Positions 1 through 10,482 are shown, numbered from the stretch's first letter. The stretch is 64,000 bases of DNA from an uncultured Gammaproteobacteria bacterium (GCA_964402565.1 CAYOCJ010000001.1:288079-352078); one strand, 5' to 3'. The notes: a model not told the origin generated them from the letters alone. Numbers and translations are program-made.

Positions 1-2
1 TG

Positions 3-857
3 CGGTATCTGACCGTGTAAGGTCGTCGCACACGTAATCGGCAGCCCGGTGGTACCGTCGCACAGCCAGATCCCGCGACCACGTGTCTTGGTCGTTTGCT
101 CGTCGATTCGATCGATGAAGACTTCGACATCGCCTTGCAGGGTTTCCTTGCTGATACGGCTCGCGAGCGGAGGAGGCATCAACTTTTTGCCACCGATGAT
201 CAGCTTGAACATCTGATTCTGCTTTCTCGGGATCCGCCAGGCAAGGGACATTCGCACTTCTTCGTGATTCTTGAACACAGGGTTCGGGATCACGATAGCG
301 GTGAAAGACCCTTTGATGTTTTTCTGCGGCCCGAGCATCGTATCGTCCGGGTCAATGGACGATTTGCGTGGACCGCCGTCACGTTCTATCTCCGCGGGGA
401 TCATCTTGATCGACGTGATCGCACCGCGAGATGCGGTTCTCGTGAAAATGTAGAAACCGTTCTGCGGATCGCCTTCGAAACACGCTTTGTTCAGCGCGAA
501 AGCGGCGAACCGCCCGATGCATTTCTGAGCTGCGCCGCTATGCGTACCACGGGAGCGCTTTTCATCGCGGATCGGCGCACCGACACTACAGAAGCGTTCG
601 ATGGCAGGCTCGGTGAAACCTGATCCGCGATCGAGCACAACGAGCGCTCGCCCTTTGGGAGCGAGTGGATGATTGTCGACGATGGTGATGTCGACGTCGC
701 CGATGGTTGGCTTCCAGGTTTCCTCAGGCATGCAGGCGACGACGCCGTTTCGAACGATTTCCCAGAGACAGTGCCCGGGATCTTCGTACAGCGAACCGGC
801 CAGGTTTTCCATCAGGTGTCCGGCTGTGATCCGGAGTTGGAGAATTTCCTCCCTCAC
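3..857 (-). CDS. GHKL (HSP90/MORC-like) ATPase domain protein, partial (runs off the left edge of the window)
   Basis: Not in the ORF track. Manual translation from GTG at 857 (SD AAAGGAGG upstream; GTGA overlap with the upstream stop) is open to the window edge: MREEILQLRITAGHLMENLAGSLYEDPGHCLWEIVRNGVVA...VLDRGSGF...GAAQKCIGRFAAFAL...GSFTAIVI, matching the Bergerat-fold N, G1 and G2 boxes. Confidence 0.8.
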   Translation of the reverse strand, partial: MREEILQLRITAGHLMENLAGSLYEDPGHCLWEIVRNGVVACMPEETWKPTIGDVDITIVDNHPLAPKGRALVVLDRGSGFTEPAIERFCSVGAPIRDEKRSRGTHSGAAQKCIGRFAAFALNKACFEGDPQNGFYIFTRTASRGAITSIKMIPAEIERDGGPRKSSIDPDDTMLGPQKNIKGSFTAIVIPNPVFKNHEEVRMSLAWRIPRKQNQMFKLIIGGKKLMPPPLASRISKETLQGDVEVFIDRIDEQTTKTRGRGIWLCDGTTGLPITCATTLHGQIP

Positions 858-1660
858 CGTTTCCTCCTTTGAGCCGAAGTCGGCCCCTGTATCATGCGTC
901 GGATACCGAGGAGACGTTCATCATCCTCAGTTAGCGGCGTTGTTATCGAGAGCCTCTCGAAGACTTCGTTGGTGATGCCGACATTTTTTCCAAGCCTGCG
1001 AACGATGTCGATGATATTTGCACGGTCTCCATCGAGAAACTTGCTGGGATCGAGAAGCGTCGACTCCATCACGGTTACGATGGAGCGGAGCGCAGTGATG
1101 CCTGCTCCGATGATCTCGCGTTGATCTGTAGATGGCCCGGATGACACTGGCGGAGAATCGGTTGCTGCAGGCTCGAGTTGTGGAGCAGATGGTGCGTTCG
1201 GAATTTTTCCATTCCTGAGCTGCAGTAAGCCGGACAGCACCAGCTTGAGGGCTTCGCGGGTCGCCCTTCTGCCTTTTTTCCACTTGTTGATGGTTTCCGT
1301 GGAGACCAGGAGCGCATGTTTCAGAACATTGATCTTGCCGTACCGCTCGAAATAGATTTCGATGGCTGCGAGCAGTTCGCCTGTTGAGCGTACATCGGAG
1401 AGCGGATCGTCTTCCGGAAAGAGCTCTTTTTTTACATCATCGAAAATGAGCTTTCCGACGTCGATACCCGTTACTTGCTCGATCAGGTCAGCGTGCATGA
1501 AGACGATTCTGTCGTCCACCAGGCCTTGCTGGATGGCGACAATGTTCCCAATTCGCATTTGCTGTGCAAGCCGAGCACGCTTTGTGGGGTCTTGATCGAG
1601 TGCTGCTGAGAAGGCCTGCGCTAGCAATGACTCAGATTTCCGTGATGATTTGCTCTCCAT
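854..1660 (-). CDS. Hypothetical protein with a central XRE-like helix-turn-helix
   Basis: 268 aa ORF with SD AAAGGA; segment LKHALLVSTETINKWKKG resembles an XRE HTH. Confidence 0.65.
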   Translation of the reverse strand: MESKSSRKSESLLAQAFSAALDQDPTKRARLAQQMRIGNIVAIQQGLVDDRIVFMHADLIEQVTGIDVGKLIFDDVKKELFPEDDPLSDVRSTGELLAAIEIYFERYGKINVLKHALLVSTETINKWKKGRRATREALKLVLSGLLQLRNGKIPNAPSAPQLEPAATDSPPVSSGPSTDQREIIGAGITALRSIVTVMESTLLDPSKFLDGDRANIIDIVRRLGKNVGITNEVFERLSITTPLTEDDERLLGIRRMIQGPTSAQRRKR

Positions 1661-1760
1661 GGGATTCCTTTCCGCACTGATTGCAGTGGTGGTTTTACAT
1701 TGAGAGGTAAGTTCTTAACGAACAACTGAACCAAAGTGATGTCACTTCGGTGAACCGCAT

Positions 1761-1789
1761 AGAATAGTATAGTGAGCGTATTTTGTCAA
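1761..1789 (-). promoter_or_regulatory. Sigma70 promoter TTGACA-17-TATTCT
   Basis: -35 at 1784-1789, -10 at 1761-1766 on the minus strand. Confidence 0.7.
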
Positions 1790-1841
1790 TGTTTTTAATT
1801 GCATGATTCGACCTTTTTTACTACACTTTGTGTACAAAAAA

Positions 1842-4784
1842 ATGGCCATACATTTGACACATTTGAACGAAAATCAAAAAAAAGCCGTCACGCATGGCTC
1901 GGGACCTGTGCTGCTCGTAGCAGGAGCGGGCACGGGTAAAACTACCGTTGTTACCAACCGTATCGCATGGCTTATTGCCGAAGGCAGAGCGAAACCTGAA
2001 GAAATTTTGGCAGTTACATTCACTGAAAAAGCTGCAGCTGAGATGGAGGAGCGCGTCGATCAGTTATTGCCGCTTGGCTATACCGATCTATGGATCCACA
2101 CCTTTCATGGTTTTTGCCAGCGCATTTTGACGGATCATGCGCTTGATATCGGCGTACCGAATGATTTCAAGGTGTTTGATCAGACTGCAACATGGATCCT
2201 AGTGCGCGATAATCTGGAGAAGTTCGATCTGGATTACTATACACCGCTCGGCAATCCGACCAAATTCATCCATGCATTGCTCCAGCATTTCTCGCGCTGC
2301 AAAGATGAAGGCGTGTATCCCGCCGACTATATCCGATATGCTGAGCAGCTGAAGCTCGATGCTGACCAGGCAGCTGATAAAAATGCGCTCGGAGAAGAAG
2401 CTCGTCGCATTGATGAGATCGCGAATGCGTACCACATCTATCAACAGCTCTTGCTCGAGAACGCGGCGCTTGATTTTGGCGACTTGATCAATTATGCGTT
2501 GAAGCTATTCCAGACCCGCGCGGCCATTCTTGAACACTATCGCGCTCAGTTCAAGTATATTCTGGTCGATGAATTCCAGGACACGAACTATGCACAGTAT
2601 GAATTAGTGAAGCTGCTTGCAGCACCAAAGAATAATATTATGGTCGTAGGGGACGATGACCAGTCCATCTATAAGTTTCGCGGCGCGTCTTTTTCAAATA
2701 TCATTACGTTTAAGAAAGATTTCAAGAAAGCAACGAGTATTTTTTTGACCGATAATTATCGCTCTGGCCAGAAGATACTTGACGCTGCCTATAGTTTCAT
2801 TCAATTGAATAACCCTGACCGCCTGGAGGTAAAGCTGACGAAGGGCAAGCAGCAACTTCAAAAAAAATTGCTTTCCCATACGTCCTATCCCGGTGAAGCA
2901 ACATTGCTGCATTTTCAAAGCGCTGATGATGAAGTACGCGGCGTGATAGAAAAGATAAATGAGCTGAGGGCACACAATAGTGACTTTACCTGGAACGATG
3001 TTGCGATCTTGGTGCGTGCAAATGACCAGGCACAGCGATTTGTCCGCTATTTCAGGTCACTGCGTTTGCCGCATCAATTTCTTGCGGCAAAAGGACTGTA
3101 TAGCCAGGAGATCATCCTTAACATTCTTTCATATTTGAAACTGCTCGATAATTATCATGAATCGGAAAGCCTGTATCGTATTTTGTCTTTGCCTATCTGG
3201 GGCCTGGCGCATGAGGATTTGGTACATTTGAATTTTCTTGCTTCCAAGAAAAGCTGGAGCCTGTGGCATGCGCTGACTCATTATCGAGGCGAGCTGGAAC
3301 TTTCACAAAACACCATTGCGGCGATCGAGAAATGCATCACCTTGGTTCAGGAGCATACTAAACTTTCGGCAAAAATGGATCCTTCGGTTTTGATCTATCG
3401 ATTCCTTGAGGATAGCGGTTATTTACAGGTGCTGACTTTGGAGGACAGCGAAGAGACGAGAGAGCAATTGCTGTATTTGAACCAATTTTACAAGAAAGTC
3501 CGTGCATGGGAAGAAGAGCATCTCGACGGCGGCGTCAAAGCATTCGTTGATGCAATTAACCTTGAGCTTGAATCTGGCGACGCTGGTAAACTTGAGCAAG
3601 ATATCGAAGAAGGCCCTGAGCAAATTAAAATATCTACGATCCATAGCGCGAAAGGGCTGGAGTACCGCTATGTCTTTATTGTCGGCGTGATACATTTGCG
3701 TTTCCCGAGCCGTGAACGCAAAGACCCGATCGAGATCCCTGATGCCCTCATCAAAGATGTATTGCCTGAAGGCGACGCGCATATACAGGAAGAGCGGAGA
3801 CTGATGTATGTAGCACTGACGCGCGCTAAAGAAAAGGTCTTTCTCACCTACGCCGACGACTACGGTACCGCAACCATACGAAAACCTTCCCGATTCCTGG
3901 GAGAATTAGGCTTCCCGACGGACCAAAGCCCGATGGCGGTGAACACCGAACTGGTGCTCGACGAGGAGCAAAAGAAAACGAAGATCCAGTATAAACTTCC
4001 GAGTAAATTTTCGTATACGCAGTTGAAAGCGTTCGAAACCTGTCCGAAGCAATACTACTATGCGCATGTGATCAAGATCCCCGCAGCAGGAAAGGCAGTT
4101 TTTTCGTTCGGCAAGATCATGCACGGTGTTTTGGAAAAATTCTTTTCGCTTGTTCGCGAACGAAGCAGCGCAGAACAGGGAACGCTGTTCGCCGCAGCTG
4201 ATACAAAAAAGCATGAATCAGTTTCACTCAATGAGCTGCTGCAGATCTATGAAGAGTTATGGAGCGAGGATTGGTTTTTCGATGAAGCGAATAAGAAAAA
4301 ATACAAAGCCCATGGAACGGAGCTTCTGCGAAAATTTTACGCGAGCATGCAAGGCGTGATCCCGGTCCCGGTTGCATTAGAGCAGCCTTTTGTTTTGAAA
4401 GTCGGTGCGGCAAGTATGAAAGGGGTGATCGACCGGATCGATGAAGTTGATATTTCGGGCGAGAAGCAATGGAAATTGATCGATTATAAGACCGGACGAC
4501 CTCCCAAAGAAGGTAAACTTGATTTTGAAAAAAAAGAACAGCTATTGATCTATCAGATAGCTGCGAATGAGGTTTTTGGAAAAAAAGTCGGTGCGCTCGC
4601 CCTATATTTTCTTGAATCCCAAGAGCAATATGAATTTGTGGCCACTGAAAAAGAATTACAGAAAGTGAAGATGCTCATCACGGAGATGATCGATAGTATC
4701 AAGGCTTCTGACTTTGCGCCGACGCCGGGTTTCTGGTGCAAGGATTGTGATTTCAGGTTCATTTGTCCTGCTGCTCAGCGCTGA
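1842..4784 (+). CDS. UvrD/PcrA-family helicase fused to a C-terminal PD-(D/E)XK nuclease with Fe-S cysteines (AdnAB-like)
   Basis: AGAGTGKT, VDEFQDTN, VGDDDQSIYKFRGA, TIHSAKGLE, EERRLMYVALTRAK; C-terminal CPKQY..GVIDRID..IDYKTG..CKDCDFRFIC. Start placed at MAIHL. Confidence 0.92.
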   Translation: MAIHLTHLNENQKKAVTHGSGPVLLVAGAGTGKTTVVTNRIAWLIAEGRAKPEEILAVTFTEKAAAEMEERVDQLLPLGYTDLWIHTFHGFCQRILTDHALDIGVPNDFKVFDQTATWILVRDNLEKFDLDYYTPLGNPTKFIHALLQHFSRCKDEGVYPADYIRYAEQLKLDADQAADKNALGEEARRIDEIANAYHIYQQLLLENAALDFGDLINYALKLFQTRAAILEHYRAQFKYILVDEFQDTNYAQYELVKLLAAPKNNIMVVGDDDQSIYKFRGASFSNIITFKKDFKKATSIFLTDNYRSGQKILDAAYSFIQLNNPDRLEVKLTKGKQQLQKKLLSHTSYPGEATLLHFQSADDEVRGVIEKINELRAHNSDFTWNDVAILVRANDQAQRFVRYFRSLRLPHQFLAAKGLYSQEIILNILSYLKLLDNYHESESLYRILSLPIWGLAHEDLVHLNFLASKKSWSLWHALTHYRGELELSQNTIAAIEKCITLVQEHTKLSAKMDPSVLIYRFLEDSGYLQVLTLEDSEETREQLLYLNQFYKKVRAWEEEHLDGGVKAFVDAINLELESGDAGKLEQDIEEGPEQIKISTIHSAKGLEYRYVFIVGVIHLRFPSRERKDPIEIPDALIKDVLPEGDAHIQEERRLMYVALTRAKEKVFLTYADDYGTATIRKPSRFLGELGFPTDQSPMAVNTELVLDEEQKKTKIQYKLPSKFSYTQLKAFETCPKQYYYAHVIKIPAAGKAVFSFGKIMHGVLEKFFSLVRERSSAEQGTLFAAADTKKHESVSLNELLQIYEELWSEDWFFDEANKKKYKAHGTELLRKFYASMQGVIPVPVALEQPFVLKVGAASMKGVIDRIDEVDISGEKQWKLIDYKTGRPPKEGKLDFEKKEQLLIYQIAANEVFGKKVGALALYFLESQEQYEFVATEKELQKVKMLITEMIDSIKASDFAPTPGFWCKDCDFRFICPAAQR

Positions 4785-4828
4785 TACCGGTGATAGAAAA
4801 AAATATTCGAACGCGGTATACTAGTACT

Positions 4829-5791
4829 ATGAGAAAAAAAAGACTCGTTAATTCAGCTTTTGGGTTTACGTTGATCGAGCTGCTGATTGTCATTACCGTT
4901 ATCGTACTTTTGGCCAAGATCATGCTCGCCAATATTACATCTGCTGAAGATAAGACACGAATGGCGACTTTACTCCGATTTGAGACTTCTGTCGATCGTG
5001 CGCTTGGGCCAGCATTAGTCGGTGAGTGGTCATTTGATAAGCTTCAAACAAATCAGACAACGGATCTAGATACATCTACGCGCGGTAATGATCTGACCAT
5101 TTGTCCGACATCAGGAGCAACCTGTGCCGTTGGGCAGGATTGTTATCCGCCTGCTAATAGCGGACTCTGTGCTCAGGGCATCGGGATGGGACAATGCTTT
5201 GATACGAGCAATTTGGCCTCTGGGGGCACGTATACAGCTCCCTACACCCAATATTGGCTGAGCAGGCCGTATTCGTCGTTGCTGGGTATGAACAGTACGC
5301 AGGGCAAAACGGTCAGTTTGTGGATCAAGACTCAGCCTTTTACGTATGTTACACCGTCGGCGCCTGGTCTTCAGGTTTTATTACAACAACGCGATGAATA
5401 TGCCATAGGTCTTTTATACGTTTCAGGCACCGGATATCGGGTGCGCATGTATTTCCATAGCACATCAAGCGGTATCGATACATATACCATCATGGCATTC
5501 CCTGCAGTGCCAGTAAAGGTTGATGATCAATGGCACCATATCGTGGCAGTATGGGATAACCCTCATCAAAAATACGCGGTGTTCATTGACGGGAAGAAAT
5601 CGCCCGTTACTGTCAATGCATCCTATGCGCCTACGCCCGCGGCCGACGCAGGGAATTTCTCAATAGGCAGAGGCGATATTTCATATGCAAATGGCCCAGC
5701 TCCGGCAATATGCACTGAGGTATCTACCTATGAATATTGGACAGGTCTTATCGACCGCGTCCGTGTGTACAATGATGCCCTTGATATTTAA
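4829..5791 (+). CDS. Type IV pilin-like protein with a LamG/concanavalin-like domain
   Basis: Prepilin motif GFTLIELL; TVSLWIK, QWHHIVAVWD and GLIDRVRVYNDAL LamG motifs; TATACT 6 nt before the ATG. Confidence 0.85.
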   Translation: MRKKRLVNSAFGFTLIELLIVITVIVLLAKIMLANITSAEDKTRMATLLRFETSVDRALGPALVGEWSFDKLQTNQTTDLDTSTRGNDLTICPTSGATCAVGQDCYPPANSGLCAQGIGMGQCFDTSNLASGGTYTAPYTQYWLSRPYSSLLGMNSTQGKTVSLWIKTQPFTYVTPSAPGLQVLLQQRDEYAIGLLYVSGTGYRVRMYFHSTSSGIDTYTIMAFPAVPVKVDDQWHHIVAVWDNPHQKYAVFIDGKKSPVTVNASYAPTPAADAGNFSIGRGDISYANGPAPAICTEVSTYEYWTGLIDRVRVYNDALDI

Positions 5792-5849
5792 GTGTTTTTG
5801 CCGCATTAAAAGGATTGATTTTTGCCCAAAAACTTAGTACACTAGGGCA

Positions 5850-6248
5850 ATGAGTCTGTCTGTTCGCAGTCATATTATTTTCATGCTTCTCGCAACCGTG
5901 GTCGCATGGATTTGTTGGCTTGTGGTAATTCTGACAGTGAATCCTCTTGATGTTGCAGCATGGGGATTCGGACTCTTTTACATAACGTTATTTCTTTCGC
6001 TCTTTGGCTCCTTTGCAATACTTGGCTTTACTCTCAGAAGCATCATTTCCTTTCGGCGCTCGACGTCCCGGTATCGGGTTACCACATCCCTCAGGCAAGG
6101 CTTTCTCTGGGCTTTAGCCATGATCATTGTGCTGGTATTGCAGGGCCAGCGGCTGCTCAGTCTATGGATCTTCGGGCTTATCGTTATTATTTTTGCATTA
6201 CTGGAATTATCTATCGTCAGCATGCAGCAAGAGCGCGAATCGCATTAA
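5850..6248 (+). CDS. Hypothetical membrane protein (about 4 TM helices)
   Basis: 132 aa hydrophobic ORF abutting pheS. Confidence 0.8.
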   Translation: MSLSVRSHIIFMLLATVVAWICWLVVILTVNPLDVAAWGFGLFYITLFLSLFGSFAILGFTLRSIISFRRSTSRYRVTTSLRQGFLWALAMIIVLVLQGQRLLSLWIFGLIVIIFALLELSIVSMQQERESH

Positions 6249-6249
6249 T

Positions 6250-7263
6250 ATGGAACAGAAGCTACAACAATTTAAGAACGACTTTTTGGCGAAGTATAAG
6301 AAGCTTTCAAATAGTGAAAGCGTTGAGCAGCTCATGCATGAATTTTTGGGCCGTAAAGGCTTCATAACGAATGCATTGCGCCAGGTCAAAGAGTTGAGCG
6401 AGAGCGAGCGCCCCCGACTCGGCAAATTGGCCAACGACATCAAGAAAGAGCTCGAACATCTGGTCATAGAAGCCCGTTCAAAGTTTGCAGGTCACAGCAC
6501 GCAGCAGACCGCAGCCAGCTTTGATCCGACGCTTCCGGGTACGCATCATGCCTTGGGACATCTGCATCCGACGACGCAGATCCAGTATCAGCTTGAGGAC
6601 ATTTTTCGACAAATGGGATTCATGGTTCTCGATGGCCCTGAGATCGAGTCTGAGTTTTATAATTTCACGGCATTGAATATCCCGGCAGATCACCCGGCGC
6701 GAGATATGCAGGACACGTTCTGGCTTTCTGACGGCAATTTGCTGCGCACACACACGTCTCCGGTCCAGGTGAGGGCCTTGCAGAAATACGGTGCGCCATT
6801 CAGAGGCATTGTGCCGGGAAGGGTATTCCGTTATGAATCGACCGACCCTTCACATGACCATACCTTCTATCAAATGGAAGGACTTATGGTGGATACAGAT
6901 ATTTCTATCAGCCATTTGATCGGCATGATGAGCATGCTGCTTGAAAATATTTTCCAGGCAAAAGTAGAAGTCCGCCTGCGCCCTGGCTTTTTCCCATTCG
7001 TCGAACCTGGTTTCGAGCTGGACATCAAGTGCTTGATTTGCGGCGGTCCCGGCTGTTCAGTGTGCAAGCAAACCGGATGGGTTGAGCTCATGCCCTGCGG
7101 ACTCGTGCATCCGGAAGTGCTGAAGGCAGGCAACGTTGATCCGGAAAAATATTCAGGATTTGCATTTGGTTTAGGATTGACGCGGCTCGTTATGATGAAA
7201 CACGGCATTGATGATATTCGTCTATTGCAATCAGGCGACATTCGATTCTTGGAACAATTCTAG
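6250..7263 (+). CDS. pheS: Phenylalanine--tRNA ligase alpha subunit
   Basis: HPARDMQDTF, LLRTHTSPVQ, FPFVEP, GFAFGLG; start at MEQKL. Confidence 0.98.
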   Translation: MEQKLQQFKNDFLAKYKKLSNSESVEQLMHEFLGRKGFITNALRQVKELSESERPRLGKLANDIKKELEHLVIEARSKFAGHSTQQTAASFDPTLPGTHHALGHLHPTTQIQYQLEDIFRQMGFMVLDGPEIESEFYNFTALNIPADHPARDMQDTFWLSDGNLLRTHTSPVQVRALQKYGAPFRGIVPGRVFRYESTDPSHDHTFYQMEGLMVDTDISISHLIGMMSMLLENIFQAKVEVRLRPGFFPFVEPGFELDIKCLICGGPGCSVCKQTGWVELMPCGLVHPEVLKAGNVDPEKYSGFAFGLGLTRLVMMKHGIDDIRLLQSGDIRFLEQF

Positions 7264-7264
7264 T

Positions 7265-9691
7265 ATGTACTTATCCTTAAATTTTATTAAACAGTATGTG
7301 AAGCTTCCGGATGCGAGTCCGAAAGACCTTGCATTGGCTCTGACCATGTCTACCGTTGAAGTGGAGGATGTGATCGATCAAGAAAAAAAGCTTGAAGGGA
7401 TCGTCGTCGGCAAGCTCATAGACGTGGTGAAGCATCCGCAGGCCGACCGGCTCTGGGTATGCCGCGTCGATATCAAATCAGAAATTTTGCAGATCATTTG
7501 CGGCGGCAATAATTTGAAGAAAGATATGCTGGTGGCAGTTGCCAAGGTCGGATCGAAGGTCCGCTGGCACGGAGAGGGGGATCGCATCACGCTTGAAAAG
7601 GCAAAGATACGAGGTATTGAAAGCAATGGCATGATCGCGGCGTCTGATGAACTGGGCCTGCAGCGCTTATTCCCCGGGGGAGAGCGCGAGATCCTGGATC
7701 TTTCTCCATACCAGGTGCGCGTCGGCGACCCGCTGGCTAAGGCTCTGGGTTTGAATGACTTTTTGCTTGAAATAGATAATAAGTCGATGACGCATCGCCC
7801 TGATCTATGGGGCGAATATGGCTTAGCGCGCGAGTATGCAGCGATTTACAGCTCTCCGCTCAAACCTCTGAAAATAAATCCGATCCCCAGTCCGGCGAAA
7901 GGACAATTGCCCCTGACGGTATCAGTGAAAGATACTGCGCTCTGTCTCAGGTATATGGCATTGGTCATAGATAATGTTTCAGATCGTCCGTCGCCCTGGT
8001 GGCTGAAGCGCGATCTGGATGCCCTCGGCTTTCAGAGCATCAATGCTCTCGTTGACATCACTAATTATATTACCGCGGTCCTGGGCCAGCCGATGCATGC
8101 ATTCGATTATGCGAAACTTGCCGGAAGCAGCATAGTCGTAGAACGTGCTGGCGTCGGAAAAAAATTCAAAGCATTGAATGGCAAGGAGTATGAGCTGCCT
8201 TCTGATGCGCTCATGATCAAAGATGCAAAGAAGCCAGTTGCCGTAGCCGGCGTCATCGGAGGCGAGTATAGTGCAATTTCCGAGAGCACCAAGACCGTTG
8301 TCCTGGAAGTCGCTACCTTCGAAGCATCCTCAGTCCGGAGAACGTCCACTGCTTTGGCATTGCGTACGGAAAGTTCAGCCCGTTTCGAGAAAAAACTTGA
8401 CCCGATCCTGGCTCCGCAGGCCTTAGCAATGGCGGCGGATTTGATTTTACAAGTCATGCCTGAAGCAGTAGTTGCGAGCAAAGTCTTTGATGTCTATGGC
8501 GGCGATGAACCCCAGCGAACGATCCAGGTTTCGAAAGAGTTCTTAGATCATCGGCTTGGCATTGTTCTTGATGCGAAAGAGATCGTGAACATTTTGAAGC
8601 GGCTGTCATTTGGCGCCGCGTATAAGAAAGATCTGTTTTCGATCACGGTGCCATCCTTCAGAAGCAAAGGCGTTGCCGCACGCGAGGACATCGTCGAAGA
8701 AGTAGCGCGCATCTATGGGTACAATAATATCAAACCTTCTCTGCCTATTGTCGAGATCGCAAAACCTCAGAAAGGATCGAGCTCGCGCGTCGAACGCGAA
8801 TGCAAAATGATCCTTTCGAAAGGCCTGGGTTATACGGAAGTGTATAGTTATTCATTTGCAGATCCGAAATGGACTGAGCGTCTTGAGCTCAATCGGGGCC
8901 GTATCACGGTAAAGAATGCGATAGCGCAAGAGCTGTCTTTTTTACGCACCAGTTTGCTGCCAAATTTGATCGGAACAGCTGCCTCGAATATACGCTGGCG
9001 CGATGCGTTCAAGTTATTCGAAGTCGGCCGTATTTTTAATAAGTCTGTCGGCGAACACGCCATCGATGGTTCATCCGGTGCATTTTTACCCAATCAACCC
9101 ATCATGGTCTCAGGCATTGCCGTTGCAAAGAAAAATAATCTAGAAAAACTTTACAGAGAACTGAAAGGCGATATCAATGATATGTGCAAGCAATGCGGCA
9201 TCAGTCTCGCCTGGAAAGAGTCTGTGAAGCATCCATTTGGCGATGCAACGTTTGAATTACGATCCAATGCCAAGACCGTTGGCGTCTTCGGTGTTCTGAA
9301 AGAAGAAATAGCGGGCAGCGAGTTCGAAGGGTATTGTCTGGTGTTCTGGGAATTGCAATTTGAGTTCTTGGTCAAGCATGCAAGCTTCTCGCGCAGCTAT
9401 CAGCCGCTCCTGAAATTTCCGTCAATTTCACGCGATATTGCGATCATTGTTGATACATCAGTTTCCTGGGGCGCGGTAGAACAGGTCGTGCAACATCTGT
9501 CACCATTGATCACGGACGTTTCATTATTCGATATTTTTACCTCTCCGAAGCTTGGTGCAGGGAAGAAGTCTATAGCCTTTAGCCTCACGTTCGGCAGCGA
9601 GGAGCGGACACTCGAGTCTTATGAGGTCGATCAGGTTATCAATAAGCTGACGAAGATTCTCAAAGAGAAATGCGGAGCGGTGGTGAGGTAG
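7265..9691 (+). CDS. pheT: Phenylalanine--tRNA ligase beta subunit
   Basis: KHPQADRL tRNA-binding domain, HRPDL, EEVARIYGY, C-terminal RDIAIIV..KKSIAF domain. Confidence 0.97.
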   Translation: MYLSLNFIKQYVKLPDASPKDLALALTMSTVEVEDVIDQEKKLEGIVVGKLIDVVKHPQADRLWVCRVDIKSEILQIICGGNNLKKDMLVAVAKVGSKVRWHGEGDRITLEKAKIRGIESNGMIAASDELGLQRLFPGGEREILDLSPYQVRVGDPLAKALGLNDFLLEIDNKSMTHRPDLWGEYGLAREYAAIYSSPLKPLKINPIPSPAKGQLPLTVSVKDTALCLRYMALVIDNVSDRPSPWWLKRDLDALGFQSINALVDITNYITAVLGQPMHAFDYAKLAGSSIVVERAGVGKKFKALNGKEYELPSDALMIKDAKKPVAVAGVIGGEYSAISESTKTVVLEVATFEASSVRRTSTALALRTESSARFEKKLDPILAPQALAMAADLILQVMPEAVVASKVFDVYGGDEPQRTIQVSKEFLDHRLGIVLDAKEIVNILKRLSFGAAYKKDLFSITVPSFRSKGVAAREDIVEEVARIYGYNNIKPSLPIVEIAKPQKGSSSRVERECKMILSKGLGYTEVYSYSFADPKWTERLELNRGRITVKNAIAQELSFLRTSLLPNLIGTAASNIRWRDAFKLFEVGRIFNKSVGEHAIDGSSGAFLPNQPIMVSGIAVAKKNNLEKLYRELKGDINDMCKQCGISLAWKESVKHPFGDATFELRSNAKTVGVFGVLKEEIAGSEFEGYCLVFWELQFEFLVKHASFSRSYQPLLKFPSISRDIAIIVDTSVSWGAVEQVVQHLSPLITDVSLFDIFTSPKLGAGKKSIAFSLTFGSEERTLESYEVDQVINKLTKILKEKCGAVVR

Positions 9692-9702
9692 GTTGTTGGC
9701 TC

Positions 9703-10110
9703 ATGAAAAAACAAATTAAAAAAAGACCGCCACAAAAATTAACGCGTGTCGGCCTGAATATGTTTGTTAACACCGTAAAACTTCGCAAACTGCCTTTGCC
9801 AATTGTTACAGTATCAATCAAAAAGCTGCTCTGGCATTTTGATATGCCAGTATGGGAAAAAGATGGAACTGATGATTGGAACCTTACTCCATGGGAGGTG
9901 ATTGAGAAAAAGAAATACAGTCAGGACCATCGCAAAATCGTTAGGAATGCAAATGCTCGCTATCCTATTGTTGTGACCCGTTATAAATCAGAATTAGTCA
10001 TTTTGGACGGAGAGCATCGATTAGTGAAAGTATACGAGCGTGGCAATACGACTATCAAAGCAAAAATTATCCCCGCAAAGTATTTGAAAATGCGAGAGTT
10101 TAAATCCTAA
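9703..10110 (+). CDS. Small ParB/Srx-like domain protein
   Basis: YPIVV..VILDGEHRLVK motif. Confidence 0.7.
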   Translation: MKKQIKKRPPQKLTRVGLNMFVNTVKLRKLPLPIVTVSIKKLLWHFDMPVWEKDGTDDWNLTPWEVIEKKKYSQDHRKIVRNANARYPIVVTRYKSELVILDGEHRLVKVYERGNTTIKAKIIPAKYLKMREFKS

Positions 10111-10113
10111 ACC

Positions 10114-10482
10114 ATGCGCATCTGGGACATCCATCCTCGTCATTTATGTCGTAAACATTTGCTTGCAGAGCATCGTGAATTGCATGGCCTTTGGAATATC
10201 CTTACCAAGCATGGCGGCAAAGGCGGCTATTCGCGCCATCCTGAGACCTTGCGCTGGGTCGGGAAAACAAGAGCATTGTATGATCGGCATCAGGCACTGG
10301 TGAAAGAATTTGAACGACGCGGCTATCATCATCACACACCGCTCAATGCAAAGTTAGCTCGCGGATCACGGAAGCAGAATATCTTTATCAATACAGTGAG
10401 TGAGCAGAAGAAGATTTTACATCAGAAAGGCTGTGAATGTCTGGCTCATGTGCAGAGGGCTATCCGTAGCCGTATGATCTGA
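10114..10482 (+). CDS. Pyrimidine dimer DNA glycosylase / T4 endonuclease V-like protein
   Basis: MRIWDIHP..LCRKHLLAEHRELH, HPETLRW, EFERRGY. Confidence 0.85.
   Translation: MRIWDIHPRHLCRKHLLAEHRELHGLWNILTKHGGKGGYSRHPETLRWVGKTRALYDRHQALVKEFERRGYHHHTPLNAKLARGSRKQNIFINTVSEQKKILHQKGCECLAHVQRAIRSRMI

Noticed and set aside
96-975. Plus-strand ORFs 96-623, 271-453, 669-872 and 673-975
   Set aside because: Antisense shadows of the minus-strand GHKL ATPase, which has motifs, an SD and translational coupling.
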